Part shown: positions 27,152 through 35,933 of the stretch, in pieces
Position numbering within the stretch: the stretch's first letter is position 1
Layout of the letters: every line of letters starts with the position of its first letter
Source: Candidatus Caldarchaeum sp.
GTDB lineage: Archaea; Thermoproteota; Nitrososphaeria_A; Caldarchaeales; Caldarchaeaceae
Direction: 5' to 3'
NCBI GenBank assembly: GCA_038844785.1
Contig: JAWBRA010000016.1
Coordinates: 1 to 37,068 of the forward strand
DNA: 37,068 nucleotides
Program-made: the position numbers and the translations under genes
Notes under the pieces: model-generated
Told to the model about the DNA's origin: nothing
Seen by the model: the letters and a program-made list of their open reading frames with translations, nothing else
The model's database searches: none

Positions 27152-28663
27152 ATGGTTTCTAAAGTTGTTGTTGACGAGTCGGCTCTTAGGCTGGGCGTGG
27201 CGGCAGAGCACGCTGTCGGAAAGGGTTTGAAGGTTCTCGTCCACAGGGCTTTGCTTAAACACGTACAGGCTAGGGCTTTCGCTGGAGACCCAGCGGCCCT
27301 TGAAGGCCTTAAACACCTCACAGAGCTGGGCGGCAGCCTTGTAGAGTACGTCGGGGCTGCTGGTGAGGAAAACTGGCGGGACGCAGTACTCGAGTACTGC
27401 AGGGCGAACAACGAACAGCTTCTTACCTCAGACCCGTTGGTTGCCAGAGTAGCAGAATCGATGGGCGTAAAATGCAGCTACGTCGTACCCGAGCCGCCTC
27501 TACGGCTTGAATCGGTTTTCTCAGGCGATGTAATGAGCCTACACGTTAAAGAAGGTCTTGAGCCGCGGATCAAGAGAGGACATCCAGGCCGCTGGGTTTT
27601 TGAAAGCATAAGAGACAAGCCTGTGACGCGGACAGAGCTGGAAGCCCTTGTAGCCTCCATAATGAAAACAGCCTACGGCGTCTTCGGCACTGAGGCCTTC
27701 GTCGAAATAGACAAGCCTGAGCTAACTATACTCCAGCTGGGACAGTTCAGGATTGTGCTCACAAGGCCGCCGTTGTCCGACGGCATGGAGATGACGGTCG
27801 TCAAACCAGTCATAAGGGTTAGGCTTGAGGATTACAACCTGCCGCCGAAAGTCCTCGAAAGGCTTGACAGAAGGGCTGAAGGAATACTCATAGCAGGCCC
27901 TCCAGGCATGGGTAAGTCGACCTTCGCCCAAGCCTTAGCCGAACACTACAGAAACATGCGGAAGGTTGTCAAAACAGTAGAGAGCCCTCGCGACCTCAAC
28001 CTGCCGCCGGACATAACACAGTACTCGAAGAGCGCCGCAGCCGACGGCGAGATCCACAACGTGCTGCTCCTCAGCCGCCCTGACTACACCGTTTTCGATG
28101 AAATGCGTGAATCACGTGACTTCGAGATGTACATAGACCTGAGGTATGCGGGGATAGGGATGATAGGTGTGATTCACGCCAGCACGCCTATAGACGCCCT
28201 CCACAGGATAGCTAACAAGGTGGACATAGGAATTCTCCCGTCAATAGTAGACACACTGATCTTCATGGATAAGGGCAGGGTGGCGAGCATCCACACGCTG
28301 GAGGTTGTGGTAAAAGTTCCTTCAGGGCTTAAACGAGCAGACCTCGCCAGGCCAACAGTAGTCGTAAAAGACTTCCTGAACGACACGCCGGTCTACGAGC
28401 TCTACGTCTTCGGAGAGAGAGTCTTCTTCGTTCCTGTCAAGCAGCAGGGCGAACGCGCTGACGAGGCGGCGTTGTTCAAACGAGTGCTAGGAAAACAGCT
28501 TTCAGACTTCTCTGTCGAGATAATGGGCGACAGGCTGGTGATAGGGATTAGACCCAGCGAAATGCGAACTTATTTCAAGAAATGCCAGAACAGAGTCTTA
28601 AAGATGGCCAAGCACGCAGGTCTGACGGTCGAGGTCGTGCCGAAACACCAAACAGGCAGCTGA
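27152..28663 (+). CDS. PINA-like protein (PIN domain + P-loop ATPase + KH-like C-terminus)
   Basis: VVVDES PIN start, DVMSLHVKEG, GPPGMGKSTFAQAL, VESPRDL, RPDYTVFDEMR and VKVPSG motifs. Confidence 0.88.
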   Translation: MVSKVVVDESALRLGVAAEHAVGKGLKVLVHRALLKHVQARAFAGDPAALEGLKHLTELGGSLVEYVGAAGEENWRDAVLEYCRANNEQLLTSDPLVARVAESMGVKCSYVVPEPPLRLESVFSGDVMSLHVKEGLEPRIKRGHPGRWVFESIRDKPVTRTELEALVASIMKTAYGVFGTEAFVEIDKPELTILQLGQFRIVLTRPPLSDGMEMTVVKPVIRVRLEDYNLPPKVLERLDRRAEGILIAGPPGMGKSTFAQALAEHYRNMRKVVKTVESPRDLNLPPDITQYSKSAAADGEIHNVLLLSRPDYTVFDEMRESRDFEMYIDLRYAGIGMIGVIHASTPIDALHRIANKVDIGILPSIVDTLIFMDKGRVASIHTLEVVVKVPSGLKRADLARPTVVVKDFLNDTPVYELYVFGERVFFVPVKQQGERADEAALFKRVLGKQLSDFSVEIMGDRLVIGIRPSEMRTYFKKCQNRVLKMAKHAGLTVEVVPKHQTGS

Positions 28664-28665
28664 GC

Positions 28666-29928
28666 ATGCCGCTCACGGAGTACTTTTCAGCCTCAGAACG
28701 GAAAATTGAAAAAACCATTTGCAGCGTCTGCCGAGGTTTCGCACGTTTCTGTAAGCTTACCACATGCCCCTACTACAGAAACATTTTGACAGAGTCTGAG
28801 ATGGCTAAAATAACGTCTGGCGTCGTCTACGGCCCCTCCCCTCCAACCGTCATAGTAGGAGAAAAAGGCTATCCCAGGGTCAGGATAGGGCCTGCGGTTT
28901 CGCTTGCAGACCATCCCGAGCCGTGGGTTTTCGAAGAACCTAGTAAATGGATTGAGACGTCGCTTGACAAACTTCTCTCCCTCAGGCTGTCGCTGTTCTA
29001 CGGCAGGACAGTCAAGCCCGTCATGTCTGCGGCCAAACAGGAAAAAATGCTCGAGGATTTACAGGATTCAGCTGCCTCCACCAAACCTGTCGACGTCGAA
29101 ATCCGTTTTGAAGGCAAGCCCATAACCATGCCGGGGTTCAGCGTGAGAAACGCACCGCACGGCCCGTCAGCAAGGATAGAAATGTTGAAGCTTGTTGGAA
29201 ATGTCTCAGTTCCTCGCAAAGTCGACAGCATGATAAACGATTTAGACCTGCCGGCCGCCGAAGCCGTTCAAACCCTCTATCTAGATGGCTTCAACGAATA
29301 TTATCTTACGCGTGTTTTTTCAACAGGGCTTCTGGGAAGAAAAGCCGAGAGGAGGCTTGTACCCACGGAATGGAGTATAACAGCCGTCGACGACATAATC
29401 TCCAAAAAACTGTTTGAAGAAGTGAGGAGGAACATGGTCATTCATGAGTTTAGGCTGCACACCCACCAAGCTGTTGAGAACGCAGCCCATATAATTCTAA
29501 CACCAACGCCTTGGATGTACGAGCTTCTCGAAGGATGGGTTAAACACCCAGACTCACAACCCTACTCAGACCATGAAATCCTCACATTACGCAAAACCTA
29601 TGCAGAGAACACGGGAGGAGCGTTTTACGCAGTCCGCCTCTCGCTCCTCAGACACCTCAAAACAAGAAGGGAACAGGCTGGCGCAATCGTCTTCTTCGAA
29701 ATTCTACCCCGATGGATACCTCTCGGCGTCTGGCGGTTTAGAGAAATCGTCCGAAAAGCCTTAGAGAAACCTTTTGAAAAACATCAGTCTCTGGACGATG
29801 CTCTGGAAAGCGTTTCAAAAATGCTGCGGATACCGTTGTACAAGTATGTTTCACAGAGCAGGCTCATCAGCTTCCTCAGAAAACAGCAAACACTTGCCAA
29901 AACCAAGCCGTGGCAAGACAGGACATAA
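28666..29928 (+). CDS. nreA: Nre family archaeal DNA repair protein
   Basis: CSVCRG..CKLTTCP, GPSPPTVIVG..GYP, RRLVPTEWSITAVD, PLGVW and C-terminal PIP-like QQTL; ATG 28666 lies 2 nt after the PINA stop. Confidence 0.88.
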   Translation: MPLTEYFSASERKIEKTICSVCRGFARFCKLTTCPYYRNILTESEMAKITSGVVYGPSPPTVIVGEKGYPRVRIGPAVSLADHPEPWVFEEPSKWIETSLDKLLSLRLSLFYGRTVKPVMSAAKQEKMLEDLQDSAASTKPVDVEIRFEGKPITMPGFSVRNAPHGPSARIEMLKLVGNVSVPRKVDSMINDLDLPAAEAVQTLYLDGFNEYYLTRVFSTGLLGRKAERRLVPTEWSITAVDDIISKKLFEEVRRNMVIHEFRLHTHQAVENAAHIILTPTPWMYELLEGWVKHPDSQPYSDHEILTLRKTYAENTGGAFYAVRLSLLRHLKTRREQAGAIVFFEILPRWIPLGVWRFREIVRKALEKPFEKHQSLDDALESVSKMLRIPLYKYVSQSRLISFLRKQQTLAKTKPWQDRT

Positions 29929-29953
29929 GCTGACGGATTAGCCGGCCCAAATC

Positions 29954-30715
29954 CTAGGAAACTTTGCTGGCAACCTCCCTCAACATCTTCATAGTCTCAA
30001 CCAGCATCTCTCTAGTCTCCTTGGAGTCTCTGGCCACAATTTCTAGAAGCTCCCTGTTTCTTTTCGACTCTTCCGCCAACATCTCTAAAACCCTAGTCAC
30101 CCTCTCAGCGAACCCGTCCATTCTCTTGACAAACTCGTTGAAATCCTGTCTAAAATCCCTAAACTCGCCCCTAAACTCGTTAAAATCGTTCCTGAAATCT
30201 CTGAACTCCTCACGGTATTCCTTAAACTCACCCCTGAAATCTCGAAGCTCGTCCCTGAGTTCTCTAAACTCCTCCCTATAGTCTCTGAACTCATTCCTGA
30301 AATCGCCAAACTCGCTCCTAAAATCCCTGAATTCGCTTCTAAAATCTCTAAACTCGCTTCTAAAATCCCTAAACTCCATCCGATAGTCGGTGAAGATTGA
30401 CTGCATTGCTCCAAAGCCTTCCTGTAACTCGTCGGCCAGTTTTCCGTAACGTATTTCGAAATGTTTTATTCTTGGGTTAGGTTTTGCCTCTTTTGCTTCG
30501 ACGTTCCGCACCGACGCTGGTGGCGGCGGTGTTTTAATTGATTCGATGAATCTGGCGACGGCTTCCTCCTCTCCCTGTAGAAAAACTGTGACAGAGCCGT
30601 CTCTCTCGTTTTTAACGTATCCCGCCACACCTAGCTCCTGCCCAAGCTCTTGAACAAACCTTCTAAAACCAACCCTCTGAACCCTGCCGTAAACCCTGAC
30701 GTTGTAAGCCTTCAC
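29954..30715 (-). CDS. Acylphosphatase fused to a long coiled-coil tail
   Basis: GRVQRVGFR and GYVKNERDGSV acylphosphatase motifs, followed by EFRDFRx heptad repeats. Confidence 0.85.
   Translation of the reverse strand: MKAYNVRVYGRVQRVGFRRFVQELGQELGVAGYVKNERDGSVTVFLQGEEEAVARFIESIKTPPPPASVRNVEAKEAKPNPRIKHFEIRYGKLADELQEGFGAMQSIFTDYRMEFRDFRSEFRDFRSEFRDFRSEFGDFRNEFRDYREEFRELRDELRDFRGEFKEYREEFRDFRNDFNEFRGEFRDFRQDFNEFVKRMDGFAERVTRVLEMLAEESKRNRELLEIVARDSKETREMLVETMKMLREVASKVS
30125..30376 (-). repeat. Degenerate 21-bp coding tandem repeat, 12 units
   Basis: Encodes EFRDFRS x3, EFGDFRN, EFRDYRE, EFRELRD, ELRDFRG, EFKEYRE, EFRDFRN, DFNEFRG, EFRDFRQ, DFNEFVK. Confidence 0.85.
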
Positions 30716-31121
30716 AACAGTACATCAACCGCAAGACCTCCCTAAAAACTTATACGACAAAAACTATATCCCTGCGTAAGAAATGAAGGAAACAGCTTCA
30801 AAGCCAGCAGTATATGGTAGACATGCCTAGGCAGCTCTACGTGATTCTTTGACGTCCTTATTTACTGGACGCTACCGCCATCCTAACATGTTGCTTTTTA
30901 TCTAGAATATTCAAACCTGTCAAACCGGGATATTGTCCGGATAAGCATCTTAACACTTCCTCCTTCAAGTGCTTGGTAGTAGGCTGTTAAGAGGTTTAGT
31001 TTTTTGCGCTTAGCTTGTCATAGAATACCGTGACCCTGTCCACGATCACTCTCCGCATACTTAATGTTCGAGGAGCTTCTATCATAGGATGCCTTAAAGA
31101 GTAATCTGCCTGAATCTTCAT

Positions 31122-34100
31122 TCACCGCAGACCATGCTCGTCAGCTACTACTTCAAGCCGCTGGGCAGGTCTGCCACGGCTTCTCTTCTTCACAGCCAAT
31201 GACATTAGGATAATGAACGCAACGGTTATGGAGAGTAGTATGAGTTGGTTGTAGTCTGTTCTCCAGATGGCTGTAACCTTGACCGGGTTGTCTATCTCTC
31301 GTATGTAGATTACTGGCTGGCTTGAGATAGGTAATCCTTTTTCATCTTCCCAATGGTCAAAGACCTTTCTGATAAGAAACCCTGTCTCTGTTGGTAGTAT
31401 TGAGATCCTGACGTCTGAGCCTGTTTCATACCAGCCTCCACCTTCTACGGTTCCGTACTCAGAAAAAATATCTACTCTCACCATTCGGGTGTATGTGATG
31501 GTTACTGTCATCGGTTTATTGAGCGTGAACTCAATCTCATTCGACGGAATGCACAACTCTAAACACATATTCATGAATACATACTTTGTCGAGTTTCCTA
31601 CCGCTAGAGTGGGTGGCAAAGTTATCTTAATAGTTTTGTTTGAGGGAAAGAAGCCACCTCGTATAGATTCTCTCAAGCTCGCTTCAATCTCATTGATGAT
31701 GTTCTCAGGCACTATTTTATATCCTACATAATATTCAGTCATGTACCTAAACTCTATTTCAATGGGTCGGTACATGGTGATGGTGAGTGTAAACTCTTCT
31801 TTTGGCTCATGAACCATAAACTCCTTACCGTTAACAATGTATGATGTAAGCTTTTTTCTTTCAAAATCGTTAGGATACCAGATAGCTTTTGTAGATATGC
31901 TTACGTCGGTATATTCTCTGAACCAAAGCGAAACATACCCATCCTTGAGCGAGTGGGTAGAAGCTTGTAAAACTATGGATGAGTTTTCCAGAGATTTTAT
32001 GGTCAGCCTGTTGAATCGTTCTTGAACTGTTTTTAGGACGAACTTCCTACCATCAGTGGAGTAATATGTTATGTGTGCGCTGGGGATCGTTATGGTTTCG
32101 GAAAGCAGGCCGGTGAGCTTGAGCTTAAGTTCTAGGGTTTCACCGGGTTTTAACAATGGGAATATTTTGCCCATGATGTCGAAACCATCTCCTTTAGTGG
32201 TGAAGGTTAGGTAATTCTCCACGTGTATGGGATGTAGGCTTGATTGAAGAGGGATTTCTGGTGTGACTATAAGAGCTGTGCTGTTGGTTGTCATTTTAAG
32301 GATTAGGGTTCTTCCGTCGCTGCTTAATAGGTATTCGGCTTGGAGGGTCGGTGCTTCGATTGGTACGGCTGTTATCCCCTTAAACGTGATGGCGTACTCT
32401 GCTGTAAGCTGGATATAAGAAAATCCATACTCCCTGCTCGGCTCGACCTCTGTCCCTTCATGCCATTCGTTCCAACTTGTGACCAATATTATGTCAGGAT
32501 TGGCTTCTAAGGCGGAATTCCAGTAGGACTTGTAGGTATCTCCCCCCTCTCTATCTAGGTAGGACCCTGGTTTTCTGACTTTTCTATCGTCGTAGCCGGG
32601 GGTGACGGTGAAGCCTAGGATTTTTTCTTGAATCGTGGGGTTTCCTCTTAGAATGACAAGGCTGGTTGCTTGGTTCAGGTCTATCCCAGCGAGCCCCAGC
32701 CTCATCTGTTGTTTGTAAAAGTTGAAAGTGTCTTTCATAACAGTTAGGTTAAGCTCGTTGTATGTGTGGAAACCGTCGAAAACGCTCAAGTAGAACTTGT
32801 CCCTCAAATCTCCTATTATGTATACACGCCCAACTAATCTTTCTAAGTTTTGTCTGACCTTGAGCCAGAATTCCACTCCTCTTCCATGCCCGTCAACGTT
32901 ATAGATGAAGAGAACGGGTTTGCTGCCAGCCTTCAAGAAAGAAGAAGAACCTGCATATTTCTTAACTAAGTAGGAGAGTTCATAGACCACGTCCTCATGG
33001 CGCGTAAGAGGCTGCCGCTCTCTAAATGATTCATAATATATTGTTATATTGAATCCAACACGCTCGCTGACATTGATGATGTGTCTAAGCGCTGAGTCCT
33101 CAAAACTTCCCGGACCCCACCAAGAAACAATAAAGCAGTCTATGCCAGCTGCCTTGGCCATCAATATATGGGTCTCTATAACCCTCCCATCATAGCTGTC
33201 ATATGGTCCAAGCAATGGATAGTGGGCGGAGGAAGCTATGGAATCAGCCGCGATGTTTGACCAGTGAGACAACATGCGGCTGGGTCCAAATGGGTTCCCG
33301 TACCACGGATAATAGAATGCACATACTTTTTTCCTAAGTGATGGGGGAGCGGATTCAAAGAATGCAGTGGCTGATGGTTTGGCATATAGGTCAGAGTAGT
33401 TTACCGTGAAGAAGCGTGGGTTTGCGTTTGGTTCTGTCCAGTTAACACCCTCGTGCTTTAATGTGACAAATTGGGAGAACTGTTCACCGTCCCATACACT
33501 TATCGTCACTTGAGTAGAGCCTAAGTGCCCTTTATTGATTATGATGCTTCCCAGCTCCGAGTTTTTGACAGCTATACTCAGCAATTTCAAGGTGACGGTT
33601 GTGGTATCGAATTGCTTCTTGGATATCCATATATGCGACTCACTAAAGCTATATTTCAAATCGTGCGCCTCGTATCCTACCGATATTGAACCGTTGTAAT
33701 CGATTACTCTAGGTCCGGAGAGGATTTTTACGGATGTCCAGTCTGAATCTGTGGTTACCTCTAGCTGCATCAGATATAGCTTGGATTCAGGCCTGAAAAT
33801 TGAAGGCAGTTCGCTAAGCGATAAAGTGGCGATGCTTGTGGTCTCCGTGTTCGCGTCGCCGTACGGCTCTATAATCCCTTCCCTCACAACGTAATGCGTG
33901 ACAACCCCTCCGTCAGACCTTTGCATCCTTGCCAGTATTGACGTCCACATATCAAGCAGTTCGCGTGTCGCACCACACTCTTGGTTGAGTTCAGTTAAAA
34001 CTCTACAGAGAAGTAGTGCAAGAGCCACTTTGTATGTCTCATACCTCTTTAAAACATCTACATCACGTGTTTTATCATTGAATCCATAACCATCCCATAG

Positions 34101-34727
34101 GGTGAGGAGTAGGCCGCTAAGTTCTTTCGCCTCTTTAACTCTTCCCGCTATGATTTGATCCAGTGCTCTGTATACCAGTAAATCTGCATAATTGTGCCAA
34201 TCGGCCAACACTCTTGACGTGTCAGGTTTTTCATACCAGAGCTCGAATGTTGTGCCAAACTCTTTAGAATAAACCTCACCAATCTTTTCATCTTCTAAAA
34301 CATAAAACTCATCAGGTATGTCGAAGCCTAGTATAACCTCATGTCTTTTGTTAAAGCCGTATCCATAGTTAACTGCCAGTTTTTCCAAGATGCTTTTTCC
34401 CAGCGGGCTTCTCAGTAGCATGAGGGCCCTGGCGGCGAGCAGGTTGTCTGAAGCAACATACACCCTTTCCATGTCAGGTTTTGCTGTTACAGCGGCCCTA
34501 AGGAGGCCTGCCTCTTGAACGTACTGGGATTCAAGGAACTGCCGAGCTTTTTCCCTTGAGAAAGAATGAATGCTGAGAGATGTATGAGCTGCTGGAGGGT
34601 GTTCAACTTTTATAATCTGAGATCCATATCCCGGCAACATGTTCATAAACACGTTAGGTAGTTGCGGAAAAAAGAGGGCGACAAGCAGTAATAAAGTGAT
34701 TGAGCCGTATGAGTATTGAGGCTCCAC
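31122..34727 (-). CDS. Large membrane-anchored multidomain protein with a GH99-like (endo-alpha-mannosidase) glycoside hydrolase domain
   Basis: Signal peptide; AFYYPWYG, PLLGPYDS, VSWWG, PGYDD and TSWNEWHEGTEVEP motifs; C-terminal GGGWY..FDHW beta repeat, TM helix and basic tail. Confidence 0.8.
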   Translation of the reverse strand: MEPQYSYGSITLLLLVALFFPQLPNVFMNMLPGYGSQIIKVEHPPAAHTSLSIHSFSREKARQFLESQYVQEAGLLRAAVTAKPDMERVYVASDNLLAARALMLLRSPLGKSILEKLAVNYGYGFNKRHEVILGFDIPDEFYVLEDEKIGEVYSKEFGTTFELWYEKPDTSRVLADWHNYADLLVYRALDQIIAGRVKEAKELSGLLLTLWDGYGFNDKTRDVDVLKRYETYKVALALLLCRVLTELNQECGATRELLDMWTSILARMQRSDGGVVTHYVVREGIIEPYGDANTETTSIATLSLSELPSIFRPESKLYLMQLEVTTDSDWTSVKILSGPRVIDYNGSISVGYEAHDLKYSFSESHIWISKKQFDTTTVTLKLLSIAVKNSELGSIIINKGHLGSTQVTISVWDGEQFSQFVTLKHEGVNWTEPNANPRFFTVNYSDLYAKPSATAFFESAPPSLRKKVCAFYYPWYGNPFGPSRMLSHWSNIAADSIASSAHYPLLGPYDSYDGRVIETHILMAKAAGIDCFIVSWWGPGSFEDSALRHIINVSERVGFNITIYYESFRERQPLTRHEDVVYELSYLVKKYAGSSSFLKAGSKPVLFIYNVDGHGRGVEFWLKVRQNLERLVGRVYIIGDLRDKFYLSVFDGFHTYNELNLTVMKDTFNFYKQQMRLGLAGIDLNQATSLVILRGNPTIQEKILGFTVTPGYDDRKVRKPGSYLDREGGDTYKSYWNSALEANPDIILVTSWNEWHEGTEVEPSREYGFSYIQLTAEYAITFKGITAVPIEAPTLQAEYLLSSDGRTLILKMTTNSTALIVTPEIPLQSSLHPIHVENYLTFTTKGDGFDIMGKIFPLLKPGETLELKLKLTGLLSETITIPSAHITYYSTDGRKFVLKTVQERFNRLTIKSLENSSIVLQASTHSLKDGYVSLWFREYTDVSISTKAIWYPNDFERKKLTSYIVNGKEFMVHEPKEEFTLTITMYRPIEIEFRYMTEYYVGYKIVPENIINEIEASLRESIRGGFFPSNKTIKITLPPTLAVGNSTKYVFMNMCLELCIPSNEIEFTLNKPMTVTITYTRMVRVDIFSEYGTVEGGGWYETGSDVRISILPTETGFLIRKVFDHWEDEKGLPISSQPVIYIREIDNPVKVTAIWRTDYNQLILLSITVAFIILMSLAVKKRSRGRPAQRLEVVADEHGLR

Positions 34728-35022
34728 AATTTCTAAAATCAGAAAACTCAGGCGCTTTTTAATCTTTTGACGAACATGGCGGTGATGTCAAGTTAATGCC
34801 GGCTCTCTCCCTTTATCTAGGTTTGGCGTGAGAGTAGGCCTGCGTCATCTGATTCTGATTTATTGGCTGGCAGAAGCGTTTTTCAAAGGGCGGGTATCAT
34901 GCATGGGTTAAGGATGTAGAGCTGATATGTTGTGATGGAGGCGTCTTGTGAGATTTATGGGTTTGGTTTAAGGTGTGGCGTTGCGTGTTTCGTTAAACCT
35001 TATCTACAGATTGTTGTAGTTT

Positions 35023-35928
35023 GTGTCGATGGTTTTCTATACTTTTGAGGATGTTTTGAGGGTTTTGCAGAGTTTTCAGGAGTTGCCTTGTGAGGTGAGT
35101 GAGGAGCTTAGGGGCTGGAGGTGGAAGGAGCCTCCGTTGCTTTCTGCCTACCGTTCTAAGGTTAACGCTTCAGACCTGTCTTTTAAATGCGATACAGGCA
35201 GATTTGCTTACCTGCGTCACGTCATGCGCGTTAGGGAGAGGGTTGGAGACGAGCTGGTTTTTGGCTTGGCTGTTCATAGGACGGTTGTTTCCGCATCCAC
35301 GGCTGCGAAGGCCATCCTCTATCACAGCAGGCCTGTCAACGGTAAGAGTTTTTACGAGGAGATGATGGCTGCGGGTGAGAAGGTTAGATCTGAACGGCTT
35401 TTCAACCGTTTTCCAGAGGTGTTTGAAAGCCTTTGGAGGATGGCTGCTCTCAGCTATTCTTCGGCTTTGGACAGGGTTTTGACGGTGTCACGTTACCTGA
35501 GCTGGGACGGGGTTGTTTACAGGGTTGTGCCGTGGGTTTGCGAGTTTCCTGTTGACGGAAGGCCTTTGGGTTTGAACAGGGCTGTCAGAATAGATGCGTT
35601 GATCCCGCCTAACGTCATCGTCGAGTTTAAGACGAGGAAGCCTTCTAGGCTGTATGAGGTTGCTTTAGCGGGTTATGCGCTTTGCTTCGAGTGCCAGTTC
35701 AGAACCCCAGTCAACCATGCTTTAATTCTCTACTTGAGTTATGAGGGTGGTGGACAGTTTAGGGTTTATGAATGCTTTGTCCCGGTCGACGATGCTTTGA
35801 GGATGGAGTTTGTGGAGAAACGGGATCTGCTGTGCAGGGTTGTGTCGGAGAAGGTTGACCCTGGCCTGCCCGAGGAGTGCGACAAATACTGCCCCTACCT
35901 CAATGTATGCAGAAAACCAGATGTTTAA
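35023..35928 (+). CDS. csa1: CRISPR-associated Cas4-family protein Csa1 (Cas4a)
   Basis: VSEELRGWRW..PP, KCDTGR, IDAL..VEFKT, ALAGYALCFE and C-terminal C..YCPY..VC Fe-S cysteines; directly next to the array. Confidence 0.9.
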   Translation: MSMVFYTFEDVLRVLQSFQELPCEVSEELRGWRWKEPPLLSAYRSKVNASDLSFKCDTGRFAYLRHVMRVRERVGDELVFGLAVHRTVVSASTAAKAILYHSRPVNGKSFYEEMMAAGEKVRSERLFNRFPEVFESLWRMAALSYSSALDRVLTVSRYLSWDGVVYRVVPWVCEFPVDGRPLGLNRAVRIDALIPPNVIVEFKTRKPSRLYEVALAGYALCFECQFRTPVNHALILYLSYEGGGQFRVYECFVPVDDALRMEFVEKRDLLCRVVSEKVDPGLPEECDKYCPYLNVCRKPDV

Positions 35929-35933
35929 ACCCT

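Noticed and set aside
20334-31121. Possible integrated element at the tRNA-Leu 3' end
   Set aside because: No integrase, and no duplicated tRNA end (att site) was seen by eye
30716-31121. 400-bp gap containing a 41-aa minus-strand ORF
   Set aside because: No recognisable motif, repeat or RNA structure
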